The position numbers were made by a program, and so were the translations under genes. This document shows positions 25,203 through 38,990 of a stretch of 64,000 nucleotides of DNA, piece after piece. Below the pieces are notes generated by a model. That model did not search any database, had not been told where the DNA came from, and saw only the letters and a program-made list of their open reading frames with translations. The DNA is taken from the NCBI RefSeq assembly GCF_009914755.1, contig NC_060940.1; one strand, 5' to 3'. Each line of letters starts with the position of its first letter. Positions within the stretch are counted from its first letter, which is position 1. The stretch is from the human T2T-CHM13v2.0 reference genome, Homo sapiens.

Positions 25203-26509
25203 TCAGTTGCTTAGAAGAAGCCAGGCTTTTCCAGAAACGAAACTCAAGTGAGGCTTTCCTGGAACATATAAAGAAATGCTGTAATGCTTCCTTGATAACA
25301 TCATCCCTACAGCTACTGAGTAGTGAGTTCCATGTAACTTTGTGGATGGCAGAGCAGCAAAGTGGGCTGAGCATGCTGCTTTCTAATCCTCACTTCTGGG
25401 GTCTCTGGGGAGTCCAATCAGAGCCATAGCCCACATGATAAGATCTATGGTAGTTGCATGTACGAGGCATCATGAAAGCACAAAAAAAAGAAGTGACCCT
25501 TGAGCAACATTCTAAAGGGGGAAGAGGAGTCAAAAGGAAGCAAAATAGTGGGGCATAGGTCAAATCCAGCCCTCAACTTTTTCTTGTGGATCTTTTCAAA
25601 ATTTAAACTAGTTACTAACATTTAATAATCCAGATTGCCCATTTTTCAAAAGCATATTGGGAGATTTGCTAACACAGAGCCCATATTCCTCCATGGCAAA
25701 AACTGGTTGAGGCTGACCAGCAGCCGCTATTTCAGAGACAGTGAGCACACACCAGTTTGCCTCAGGCCCACCTGATCCACTGCAGAAATGGCATATGCAA
25801 AGGTATGAAACAGCGCGGCACATTAGGAAGACTGGAGTGAAGAGTACATATAGAAGTGATGAGGAGGAGGCCAGAGTAACCAGGAGGAGCCAGGCCCTAT
25901 TCCAGGTAGCATTTACAGGCAGAATAAAAGTTGCCATACCTGTTCTTTAGCTCATGTGGTCCATTGACTCCACTTGCCAGAAGAAGATCTCAGGGTCTTG
26001 TTGTTGCTGTGGTTGCAGATCTTTAATGGAGAGGCTAGGCTAGGTATTTAAGTTACCCCTCTGCAAGAGGCTTCCTATGAACATTACCCTTCGAAAACTC
26101 ACATCTCCCTCTCTTTCCTGCAACAGGATGAGTTCCACACTTAAATGTAGCAGTCATAAATAAACCTCAGGAATCAGTGTCCCCTGGACATTTCTTCTGT
26201 GTCTGGAAACCCATACTATGGCACATCTTCCCCACTCCTTTCTGCAGATTCAACACTCAATGCAAAGATAGCCTCTTTCATGAAGCCATCTGTTTTTCAT
26301 CCACCTGGGGGTAACCTCTCTCACTCCTTCAAATCCGTTGAGGCCCTCAGAACTTGGTATCTTGTATCAGAGTTGTTTGTGTATACATTTGTTTCCTTAT
26401 TTGATTGTTGGGATTTGAGAAGAGGAGTACTATAAGTACTTCCAGAATAAGAAAGAGTATCTTCCATTTGGTATTAGTCTGTGTCCTTCACACTCTTATC
26501 ACCTCTCCA

Positions 26510-26975
26510 GTCATTCAGTCCATAATCCACAATCAACCACCTACCGTGTTCCAGGCACTGTTCTAGGCATGGAACAACCACACTCCAAAAGACAGAAAAC
26601 CATCTTGGTGTCAAAGAATTTACATTCTAGAAGATAGATATGTTTACTTGTAAGCAAATAGATATAATAGGGCAATAAAACACAGTGAAATCAAAGACAA
26701 TGGCTAGGGTAGTAATGCCCACTTGGAGACTGGTGATTAGAAATGGCCTCTATGAAAAAATGGCATTTGAGCTGAGACCCAGATAAATTATGAGGAAGAA
26801 ACCATCCTTGGGAACATCTGAGGGCAAAGTGTTCCAGACAGAAGGAACAGCAAAGGCACAGGCCCTGAAGCAGGAACAAGCCTGGCATGTTTACAGAATA
26901 AATAAGAGGCCAGAGTGGCTGGAGAGTAGTGACTGAGGGACAGAACAAAGGAAAATGTGGCCAGAGAGGTGAGCA
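26510..26975 (-). mobile_element. L2 (L2a-like) 3' region
   Basis: CCAGGCACTGTTCTAGGCA...GGCATTTGAGCTGAGAC...TTCCAGACAGAAGGAACAGCAA...GGCCAGAGTGGCTGGAG. Confidence 0.88.
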
Positions 26976-27002
26976 CTCTAATGCCCTGTGGACTAACCAG
27001 AC

Positions 27003-27330
27003 CAGGGGTCAGCAAACTATGACCCATGAACCAAATCCAACCTGCTGTTAGGTTTTGTATGGCCTGTGTGTTAAGATTTTTACATATTTAATTGGTTGGA
27101 AAAAATCAAAATAAAAATGATATTTTATGGCACATGAAAATTACGTAAAGTTCAAACTTCAGCATCCATAAATAAAGATTTATTGGAATGCAGTCACACC
27201 CATCCATTTATGGCCTATGGCTGCTCTTGAGTGTCAACAGCAGTTGAATAAGTTGCAGCAGAGGCCTTACGGCCCACAAAGCCTATGATATTTACTATCT
27301 GGCCCTTATAGAAAAATTTGCCAACCCTTG
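27003..27330 (+). mobile_element. MER58B (hAT-Charlie MITE)
   Basis: TIRs CAGGGGTCAGCAAAC / TTTGCCAACCCTTG; degenerate 8-bp TSD AACCAGAC / AAGTAGAC. Confidence 0.88.
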
Positions 27331-29709
27331 AAGTAGACTATAAGCTTCCTAAGGTCCATTCATTTATTCAACAAATACTCCTAGAGGGCTTTCTGTGTCA
27401 GTTATTATGTTGGTTCCTGGGGATACATGGTGGATTAAGTCATACAATGGGAGATTCTGAATTCCAATAAAAGTATGTCCAATGCTGGGTGAGAAGGAAG
27501 GCAGTTTTCTTTGAGTTCAAGGATTTACAAAACTCTGTGACCCATGTCTTCCTCCGGCTGAACAGAGGCATCTGGCCCCATTTTCATCAACCCTAAAAGA
27601 AGAGAGAAGCTGTGTCCTGAAAAGTGACCAGCTCGTTATAGAAATGAAGCCAATCAGCAAAATCCAAGGGCTGTGGGATATGTTGAGTCAAACTTTTTTG
27701 TTTCAGAGCAAATATGAAAAAAGAAGATGAAGTCCTCAGAAACGGAATATTATTTAGCAAGCGATGGAAAGTGTTCTCGCTGCACTAATGAGTCATTAAG
27801 TGAGGCGTTTGGGAACTGGGGAGGCGCTATAATTAGGTTATCTGTATTTTTAACACAAGAAAAATAATCCAAGGCGGCATTAACCAATGCAGCTGTATTG
27901 GAAGGGGGACAGCTCTCTGCAAGTCTCCAAACAGAGGGGAATCATTTTTAACCACTCAGAGCTCAGCTGAGCAGTTAATTTAACAAAATGCATAAGAACA
28001 AACCCTCAGCCATCAGTACCCATCCTTAACTGTCTCCTCACTTTACTGCAACTAGAAAGCAACGCCCCATTCCAAAACACCAGGCCTGTACAGATATCAG
28101 TTTAGATGGAGTGGAAACAGCAAATCTGATCATAACAAAAGGGGAACAGAAATTAAGTGAGTGACGGGTTAGGGATTTCACATAATTAAATTGTCAAAGG
28201 CCACAAAAAGATTGCGAAAATCAGGGGATATCACCATCATGGGGGAAAGGAGATGGGATTTAGTTACAAATACATTTCTGAGGAAGATGAAGAAAAAATA
28301 GATGTCCAGATTGCTCATTTTTGGCCTAATGAATAAATCATCGTGCCCCCACCCTCCACCCCCAATGCACCTGCTGCTTTGAAAAGTCCTTTCCACACCA
28401 ACCCAACAGTAAATGCCTCACGATGGCTCCAACAAGGCTGGAGTCCCGCCAATGAAAATTACCACTCTTCAACCAAGATAAACATCATATTACTTCATTA
28501 CCCTTTTAAAACATATGCAAATTAAATCCATTATTCTTTTTTCACCCAGAAATGAAGTTCGTTTGGCTGGAATTCAGCGATTCCTTTTGTTGCGGTTGAC
28601 CATGAATGAATGAACTTCATGTAGATGGTGCCCACTCCCCATCTTTGAATCAAACATTAATACCATTTGACAGTAATAAATAACACTTATCACAATAGGG
28701 ATGGAATAATGATTTTCCCACTCAGCTGGCTCATCAGGGCCTATCAGCTGACAACTGCATAAATGAGATTAGCATAACAGCTGCCTATGACAAATGTATC
28801 TAAATCCTTCTAATGCCAACTAGTGCTTTGATCTTCCTATCAAGTTGATGCCAAAACCCAAATCCATTTCTGCAAAATACATCTTGTTTATTATAGATAC
28901 ATATGTATGTCCCAGCACAGTCTGCAATCCCAAGACATCCTTAATTAAAAGAACTTGGAATATTGATTGAAAATTGTCACCTCTGGCTTTGTACTCCCTC
29001 CCATGACTTAGCTGAATATTTTAAGAAATTTATTTTCAAAATGGAGCTGAGGCTGTGCCTTCCCATACTTCCTCTTGAGTCACTCACCGGAATGTAATGA
29101 GGTCCCATTCTGATGTTTTCAAATGAAAATAATTACCATGGTTTCATTTTGATTATTGCCTTTCAGAGGTATCAGGTTCATAAAAATTTAAATCAACTCC
29201 AAGTAACATAAGCCACAGTCCTTTACTTCCTATTATACAATCACAATGAAACACAGACTTGTTCTTTGTTTTGGAATGCAAATGGAGTTTGAGATCAAAC
29301 CTGAACTATAATGTCTTCATTTGTCTCCTCAACAATCCACAGTGCTGATGAAGGTAATATGAGGAACAGTAAATACACATTTTTGGTGTCCAGATCATTG
29401 CAAGTCTCAATTTGTTTCTCCTGCTGAACTTGAAGTAGAAGCAAGACAGAAAATTCAATGTCCAGGGAATAACACATAGGGAATGTGAGAGAGATTCGGA
29501 TGTAAGGAATTAGAGAGCCCCTTAAGAAAAAAGAGGCAGTTCAGTTTAGAAAGCAAAGCTAACACATGAATGGAATGTGCATCTAGGTATTCCCATGGTA
29601 CACACTAAAGGCAAAGGGTAGTAGCAGATGATTTACTTCCTTCTCTTCTGTGTGAAGCGTGTTAATCACATCCATATCATAACACTCCCCTAAACAATTA
29701 AATTAGCCA

Positions 29710-29990
29710 GTCAGTCAGCAGTCATTCACTTATACAATAAATATTTGTCAGGAGCCTGCCATGTACTATTCTAGGTGCTAGGATATCAAATAAAAAAAAA
29801 AAACAGAAAGATAAGGTCCTTGTCCTCAGGGGACTTGCATTCTAGGGGGCTAATTCCAGAGCTATTGAAAAATAACTGTAGCAGTGAAGAGAGAGAAGAC
29901 ACGTTTCGGATCACATACCAGAGAAGACTTGAATAGATTCTAACATTTGCACAAATATGGGCTGTCACCAGTAAGGACAGACACAAAAGC
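29710..29990 (-). mobile_element. L2 3' fragment
   Basis: CATTCAC...AAATATTTG...TTCTAGGTGCTAGGATA...GTCCTTGTCCTCAGGGGACTTGCATTCTAG. Confidence 0.7.
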
Positions 29991-30124
29991 TTTAGGCAAA
30001 TGCAGTTGATTAAGACTTCATTTTAGGTCTGACTTTTAAGCAATTTTTAGGCCGAGGTTGAAACTCCTCTGCAACTAATTAAGCAACCCAATATATGAGC
30101 TCAAATTGAAACAGCAGGGAATAC

Positions 30125-30400
30125 TCATTAATTTATTTAACAAATGTGTATTGATCAGCCACTATGTGCTAAGGATACAAATGTGTATAGGAGGGAGACA
30201 CACTCTCTGTTCTATATGGCATCCCATCCTGAAGGTGGAATTATGATGAAATCACAATGTCACAAAAGTAGCATCTACTCTGCTGGGGGAAATCAGGGAA
30301 GACCTCCAATGAAGACGTGGCCTTTAAACTGAGAACTAAGGATGCGGCCTAGCCAAATACAGAGAGGAGAATCAGTGTGATATTGGATAACAACAAAAGG
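30125..30400 (-). mobile_element. L2 3' fragment
   Basis: ATTTATTTAACAAATGTGTATTGA...ACTATGTGC...AATCAGGGAAGACCTCC. Confidence 0.6.
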
Positions 30401-30811
30401 CAGGTAGATCAGAGCAAAAGTTTCACCAAGATCCAATTAAGGGGACTTTGGCTTTTAATACCAGATACCACTGTAGTTGTCATAAAGTTATTTGTAGATG
30501 GCTGCACATGTGTTTCTTTGGGTTAATTCTTAGTAAACCATCTATGTTTCATTGTATGAGTCCATCCATGAGTGAAAGATTCCCCAAGTATTATGAAGGC
30601 AAGGCTTCATCTCCTGCCAAGAGAAGGTAGATTTAAAAATAATAATAATAATAACACATGTAGAAGAAAGGTGTTGAAATAAAATCTAGTCCGTGTTAGT
30701 TTTGCCACACAAAAGCTACACTTTCAACAAATATTTGTTAGTTGATTTTTATATCACTGGTTCCACTGAAAAGGACTGAAGTTCTATAAGTACTATATTC
30801 ATTGTTGTTAG

Positions 30812-31551
<740 letters not shown>

Positions 31552-31615
31552 TAGCTCTATCATTGTGTGTTATGTCAGCCCTGAGACCCAAAGGTACTAA
31601 TAGCATAAAATTGTT

Positions 31616-31910
<295 letters not shown>

Positions 31911-32842
31911 TTAAATGTAGAAGTCTTCATATTGGAAAAATTAGAAACTTCTGGTCTATGTGATGAAAATGCCACATGGAAAAATGATGGATTTTGTGTT
32001 ATTAGTCTTAACTAGCTAATGATTCAGAATAACCAAGCAGCTGATTCACTTCACTTCATAGAATTTATCCTTAATATGACCCCAGGGGCCTCTATTTGAT
32101 TCATATCAACATGCCATATATCCAAACTGGAAAACAAAATAATGGAATCAATAAATTCAGTGTTATTAAGAAGCTCATATGTTTTCATTTCATCATTGAC
32201 TGAAAACAAGTCTGACCATGTTTTGGGTTTGCTCGTTTGCATTCTGAGCACTTGCTATATGCCCGGCACTTTGACATTAGATAATATCAACAAAACTTTG
32301 CTGATGCTATGGAAGTATCTTTGATGATGTTATGGGGGATGTAGTACTATTAAAAACATGTTTCCTGACTTCAAGGAAATTACAATGCAATTGAGAAGCA
32401 AAGATTTATGACAAAGTTCCAATACAAAACAGAAAGCGCCAAATGCCATAAGAAATACGGGCGCTCAGAAAAGGAAAATTGTCCCAAATACTGATATCAC
32501 TAAAGGCTGCGGAAGGAGAAAACGTAGAAAGTGAGTCTGGGAGGGTGGACTGCACCAGGCATCTGGACCACAAAGTGGTCAGATTGGCTAAAATTTCAGG
32601 TGGCAAGAGGAGAAATGAGGAACCAAATTTTGAGATCACTTGATGGAGGGTCTTAACTGACACAGTGGGACTCAGTAGGGTTTAAGTAGCCATTATATAC
32701 TTAAAAAGGAAAAAAAAAAAAACTACAGAGTAAGCCTTTATTTTCTTTACAACACAAGGAGCCTGGAGGGGGGCAGCCTGGGGCTGGTACAGCTGTTCCA
32801 CAATGTTGTCAGTTTCCTTGTGTCTTTCTATGCCATCATTCT

Positions 32843-33325
32843 TTTTTTTCTTCAATTGTGGTTTAAAAAACAACAACACATATCATAAAGTGTATCTTCT
32901 TAACCATTTCTAAGGGGAAAGTTCAATAGTGTTATATTCGCTTGTTATGCAACAAGTTAACAAGTGAACTTTTCATCTTGCAAAGCCAAAACTGGATTCC
33001 CATTAAACTCTCCATTTCTCCCTCTGCCATTCTGTTTTCTGTTTTGATGAATTCAACTGCTTTAAATATCTTATATAAGTGGAATAATACAGTATTTGTC
33101 TTTTTGTGGTGCCTTATTTCACTTGACATAATGTCCTCAGGGTTCTTCAATGTTGTAGCATACGACAGGATTTCCTTTCTTTGGAAAACTGAATAATATT
33201 CTCCTGTGTGTATAAACTCATCTTGTTTACCTGTTCATTGGTAGAGGGACATGTGACTTGCTTCTGCCTCCTGGCTCTGATCATGCTGCTGACTAAAGTT
33301 GCTGTGAACATGGGTGTGCCACCAT
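32843..33325 (-). mobile_element. L1MB-like 3' end
   Basis: CTTAACCATTT...TTTCATCTTGCAAA...TATAAGTGGAATAATACAGTATTTGTC...CATAATGTCCTCA. Confidence 0.85.
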
Positions 33326-33849
33326 TCAATTTTTAAGTGGGAGAAAATAAGACACACAGACAAACAGCCATCAAGATTTAATTATATTGGCCTCATTCAA
33401 CTTCTTATTGCCTACTAAGTAATAAGAGAAAAGAACTTATTAAAAGGTACAAGTGGCTTTCACACAGACTTTGGCTTTAAAGCCCACCGGGAATAGCCTG
33501 TCCAACCAACTCTCCCTTCATCCTCCTACACACAGGCGTCAGAGCTTTTTTGATAGTAGAGTATTACTTGCCTACTGAACTCCAAAAATATTGGCAGTGT
33601 CCACTATTTAATTTTGAAATAGAAGGAAACATGAGTTTTAACTAGGATCCCTAATTGCAGACACTTGAAATGTCTGACAAACATAAATGTTGAATTAATA
33701 TGAAAGTTCCTACTTCTCAGAAAAGGAAACCTCTGTGATAAACTTCAAAGAAAAAAAAATTTTAATTATCCTCCTATGGTTGGATGGGGTTTAATAAAAA
33801 TCGATTCAAAATGAAGCATCCAATATCTACACAATTCTTTCCATTGCTT

Positions 33850-34178
33850 CCTTTAGGACTTAGTTCAAACAGCACCTTCTCAACACCATTCCTGGACCAA
33901 GCCCTTTAAAATAATACCTCCTCCAACTCCCGGCTCTCTCTTTTTCCCTTTCCGGATTTATTGTTCTTCATAGTTCTTATCACCTTCTAATCTCCTTATT
34001 TATATTTACTTTTTTATTTTCCCCTGTCTTCCCACTCTAGAATGTTCCATGAGGTCAGGGATTGTGTCTGCTTTGTTCTCTCAGAGATTCTTTGTTCTCT
34101 TCTGTATCCCCGGTACCCATCACATAGTCAGCACTCAGTATTATTTGTCAAATTGGTGAATAAATAAATTAATGAGTT
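33850..34178 (+). mobile_element. L2 3' end
   Basis: CCCACTCTAGAATGTTCCATGAGGTCAGGGA...CACATAGTCAGCACTCAGTA..ATTTG tail. Confidence 0.75.
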
Positions 34179-34194
34179 ATAATCTGAAAGTAAC

Positions 34195-34698
34195 TGTAGT
34201 AAATGCCTTTTGATATTGACAACAACCCCTTTTGTCAGAAAACTGGCCCTGACCTCAGGCTTGAGCCCTGACAGCCATTTTTGGAGTATTCAGTCTCCGA
34301 TGACCACCCAAAAGAAGGCGCGACCCTAACCGAACTAGAAGATTGCCTCTCCCAGAAATTAAAATTGGAACTGAGAGATGCTAATCTGGGGCTATGTGTG
34401 TGGCTGCAAGCGAGGTGCTTCGAAGCAGGGGCACTAGGGTACCCAAAGAAAGCTGATCTTCTGCAAGAGTTGAGGAGGTTGCACAGAGACAGGCAGGGAT
34501 GCGAGCAAAACCAAGTAACCCCAAAGGGACGGAAGGAACTAGCGCCTTGCTTCTAGGTGGTTTCCTTGATTTCACTCCTAGCTTCTTGTAGATGCTGGCA
34601 CATATCCCTGTATACTTACAATAAATTCCTTTTCTTGCTACAGCTATCTTGGCGTGGGTTTCTATTCCTTACAACTACAACAGCCTTAACTGGGATAG
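34195..34698 (+). mobile_element. Ancient MaLR LTR (MLT1M/N-like)
   Basis: 3' end ACAATAAATTCC...GTGGGTTTCTATTCCTTACAAC...CCTTAACT. Confidence 0.55.
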
Positions 34699-36639
34699 TG
34701 ACATAAAACATTTCCTAGTGCAGATGATAAATGTGTTTGCATTCATCAAAGTGATATTTCAAAGGGTCCGTGGTCAAATAAGTGCTCTCGCCTTTTCTGC
34801 ACTTTGTTGCTTCATTTAGAATCACTTGGAGGAGGGTTAACACTGCAGTTTGAAGACAGGGCTCTTTATGTGGCTTTTTCATATGATAATGTAGAGTATA
34901 TTTTCAGCCTAGCCTTCAATCAAATGGGCATCGTCTTAAGGAGATATAATTATAGCCGCTATTTTGCTGGCTTTTAATTGAAGACAAAGCAAACAGTGTG
35001 CTAAGAAATTATATTCAATGATGACACTTCCAACAGCAGGGAGAAGAGGGCCAGTCAGTATTGAGGAACTGCACATTCCCAGTGTGCTTCTAATCCCCAG
35101 AGGACTCTCCCGATAAATAGCAGAGACATGAGGATTGTTGGGTGTTTTTCTTGGGTGGATGGATTGTGGTTACTTTAATAGGCGGTGAAATGATTGGTGC
35201 TGGAAAACCCAACAAATCCAAATAAAATAAGGAAAAATAATTTTGATTATCAGTAAATCATATTCAGTAATAACCACTGAAGAATCCAGTGAAAACAACT
35301 TAGATAAAACAGTGCATCATTTTTTGGTTTTATTTTTGGTCTTGTTGTTGCTGGGTTGTTGTTTTTCTTTTGTTTCTTTTACAATTAACCATTCAAATTC
35401 ACACTGGAGTGTTGTATCTTCCAGTGAATATTCAGTATTTCCATAACCTTGACTTGTTGTAGTTTAAAATTATACAAAAGTTAAAATGGTGTTAAAATGA
35501 TTAACAATGGTAATGTATTCTCTCTTAATACTTCAGACAATCAGCGACTGAAACATAATTGGAGAACAGTTGGTTTGTAGTCCAATTATTTATCCGTCTC
35601 TGTTTCATAAGACAGAACTCTGACTTGGTCAATCATAAAAGTGATCAAGCCATGTCACACATCTACTGTTGTAAAATAATTGCATTTCAAATATTCATAT
35701 TTCAAAATGTGTTTGAAAAGTGGGGAATAAGAGAAAATAACTTCAAGAAACACAAGGGATACATGCCTGTGTAAAGCTTTCTAATTCTTTTTTTTTTTTT
35801 TTCATTTCAAACACTACATAAAGTTCACTCAGACAATTGGGTTTGTGTGTAAATACAACTGACTGGTTCTCATTGCAAAAACTCGTTTCCCGCTTTTCAG
35901 CTAATAATATTTCCCTTTTGTTCCACCTCATTACTTCAAGCTCTCCTCCACTGTTCTAAGCTAAGTAATTTCTCTTTCTTCTCACTGTCTGCACCTTTAC
36001 AAATATTTGCAAATGGTTATCGTGCCCTATCCTGGTACTTATTTAACAGGAAAAACCTTCAGTGTCTTTAATACTTAATAACTAGGGCACTGCCTTAACT
36101 GTTTTTCTCCCCTGCAATTTCAACTGTCTAACATGTTATGGTAATTATCTAAAGCAGTCCTTACAGAATGATGTTGAACTCAAAATTCATTTTGCTTTTC
36201 TTAGCAAATGCTGTCTTGGGTGAAACTGCTCTAAGAGGTTATCAGAGACACTGAAAAGTTATCAAAGGGCCACCACTGAGTCCTGGACAATCAGAAGACC
36301 TTGGTCACAAGATCTAACTCATAGTAATCTTTCCTCCACCACTGTGTGGCTTCGGGAAAATCACTGCTTCTATGGATCTCACTTTTATTTTCTACAAAGT
36401 AAGAGTTCAAATAGATCATCTCTAAGATGTCTTCTAAATCGACGATTGTAAAGCTAACCTATATTTTTAGAGTATCCTTTTAAAATCTAAATTTAATCAA
36501 GTCACTCCTTCTTAAGAGCCTTCAGTTCCTTCCTATTACACTTAGAATTAAATCAAACTTTTTACAAAGCCGACTAAGACCTGTGTGATCTAGCCTCTCC
36601 CTACATTTCCAACCTCAGCATGTATCACCTTTTCCATTT

Positions 36640-37075
36640 ATCTTAGGTTGGGTTCCTCCAAATGAGGCTCTGAAACAAGTATATGAATCCAAGTAGCTTA
36701 TTTGAAAAGCAACTGACAAGGGAATGGGGAAGGAAGGGAGTGTAAGGAAGGAAACCAAATGAAAGGAATGAAAGGATTCTTATCGAAGAGCTTATCGCAA
36801 TGGGCAGCCAAGGTTCCATCCCACTGAGGATTCCCAGCAGATAGTCAAAAGCACAGAACATGCCTTTGAGTTATCTGTCCCAAGGTGAGGGGGAGGCTGG
36901 GATGATGTTGACCCACCAACTCTCATTCATTGTAGGTTGAGAACAGCTCCTGGAGCATCAACTTCCCGGCACCTGTAGCCTGCCTAGTATGTTGACCCAT
37001 CATAATGGAGAAAGCTACTACTATAGACAGGAACACAGTGCTGTGGGGTTCTGAGCAGTATACTGACACATCTGC
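36640..37075 (-). mobile_element. LTR16-like ERVL LTR
   Basis: TCTTAGGTTGGGTTCC...CTCTGAAACAAG...AAGTAGCTTATTTG; CCCACCAACTC..ATTCATT. Confidence 0.6.
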
Positions 37076-37345
37076 TGCCCCACCATTTATTAAAATCCAG
37101 CCGCACACACTGTCTTCCGGTTCCTTGGGCTTGTCCTCTTCTTCCCCCTTAGACCTCTGTGTACATGACCCTCTCTGACTCAGACATCTTGCAAGGTTCT
37201 CTCCTTCTTGGTCTGAGCATCACTTTCTGAGGCAAGTCTTCCTTGGCCATCCTATTTAGTTTCCCTTCCCTTGTTTTATTTAGGTAACACTCCATGCTTG
37301 TTTCTTTTACAGCATCCTTCATACCTTGTAATTATTTATTCTATT

Positions 37346-37478
37346 ATTGCTTTGTTCAAAAAAAAACAGGGTCTCGCTATGTTGCCCAGGCTGGACTCCA
37401 CCTCCTGGGCTTCAGGAATCCTCCTGCCTCAGCCTCCCGAGTAGCTGGGACTACAGGCATGCAACACCACACCTGGCT
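37346..37478 (-). mobile_element. FLAM (Alu monomer)
   Basis: CAGGGTCTCGCTATGTTGCCCAGGCTGG...CCTCCCGAGTAGCTGGGACTACAGG single monomer; TSD ATTATTTA(T/A)TCTATT. Confidence 0.85.
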
Positions 37479-37931
37479 ATTATTTAATCTATTTTATATT
37501 TTTATGCTTCACTAGATTGTAAGTTGCCCTTGGGGAGGGGCCATGTCTATTTTATTTCTTAATGTATAACCAGCACCTATCTCACTCAGTACCTGTTAAA
37601 TGGCTGGTATTCACTAAATTGTTCTTACATGAGTGAACTGTTGAAAGCCACAGTTGTTTGTAAAAATCATTCATTTATACACAACAACTAAAAAGGTTTT
37701 GACGAGATGGTGAGAAAATGTTCTGATGCCCAATTCCCCTACGCATTGAAAAGTGCTAATTTCAATGGTATCCTGGAGGAGCAGTACTCCATAGGTAGTC
37801 TAGTTTAAGTAAATTATGTAAGTGTAGTAATTGGCTTAAGCAAGAATTCAGCATGCTAAAGCCGTCAGAAGATGGGATTCCAGTCTCAGCCTTCTATGCT
37901 TCAGGCCATAATCGTGACTTTCTGGGTCTCG

Positions 37932-37984
37932 TGAGTGTCTGTGAGTGTGTGTATGTTTGTGCGTGTGTGTGTGTGTGTGTGTGT
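37932..37984 (+). repeat. (TG)n microsatellite, interrupted
   Basis: Direct read. Confidence 0.9.
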
Positions 37985-38354
37985 TTCAGAGTTCTTAATT
38001 TTTCTATTAGAAAGATAATAATGAAGAAATTGGATTATCTCTTTAAGTACCTCCTTAAGCCGTAATATTCTCTTAGTCAATTAAAGTGAGAAACATAAAT
38101 ATGGTCCTTGCATATTACAGGTGCTCAGCAAATATTTGGTATTTGAATGTTTAGGATGTAGACGACTGGGCCACAAGTACAATGACATGAAATTCTGCAA
38201 ACAAAAATCTCAGATTCTTTATCAGCAAAAAGTGATGGTCTTAAGTAATATGAGTCAGGGATGGGGAATACCTGCTGTGAGTACCACTGTTACCTCAGTC
38301 TGTACTCATGGCAGATGTCACTAATCAATTACCACTCTCTTTTCCACTTATCCA

Positions 38355-38990
38355 AACTGTAGCCCCAGAAGCCTGGCAGACACTCTTTTAACCAAGAGAT
38401 CAATGTTAATGTTGCTGGTGATACATTATGTTGAAAGCAGAATAGCATGATATGATATGATGAGAAATTTGTGACATTCTTCCCCAAAACCCCAGCCTAA
38501 TGAGAAAGACATCAAGACAAGCTCATTCTGAGGGATATTCTATAAAATACCTGACCAGTACTCCACAAAACTGTCAAGATCATGAAAAACCAGGAAAGAC
38601 TGAGAAACTGTAACAGACTAGAAAAAACTAAAGAGACATAATGACTAAATGCAATGTGGCATCTTGACTGTCCTTGATCTTGATACCGTGGATTAGAAAA
38701 AGAGCATTAGTGAAAGACAAAACATATATAAAAATATATAATCCCGATTTTATATATATAATATATATTTATATATATTTAATAATTTAATATATATTTT
38801 ATATATAATCTGAATAAATTCTAGAGTTCAGTTAATAGTAATGTACTAATGTTAATTTCTTGGTTTTGACAAATCCACCATCACTATGTAAGATGCTAAT
38901 ATTAGGAAGAACAGGGTAACAGGTATACAGGAAGTCTTTGTATTATCTTAGAGACGTTTCTGTAAATCTAAAATTATTCCAAATTTTAAA
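38355..38990 (+). mobile_element. L1MC-like 3'UTR with internal AT-rich expansion (38722-38810)
   Basis: CTGACCAGTACTCC..AAAACTGTCAAG...GAAAGACTGAGAAACTGT...ACTAAATGCAATGTGG...TCTGTAAATCTAAAATTATTCCAAA. Confidence 0.85.

Larger units (their letters stand above)
36485..37640 (+). mobile_element. L2, interrupted by LTR16-like LTR and a FLAM
   Basis: GTCACTCCTT...CTTAGAATTAAATCAAACT...TGATCTAGCC; resumes CCAGCCGCACAC; CACTAGATTGTAAG...CCAGCACCTA. Confidence 0.7.

Noticed and set aside
23442-25251. Many long ORFs (up to 360 aa) rich in C/V or H/T/R
   Set aside because: Translations of the CA/TG array, open in several frames on both strands only because the repeat lacks stop codons.
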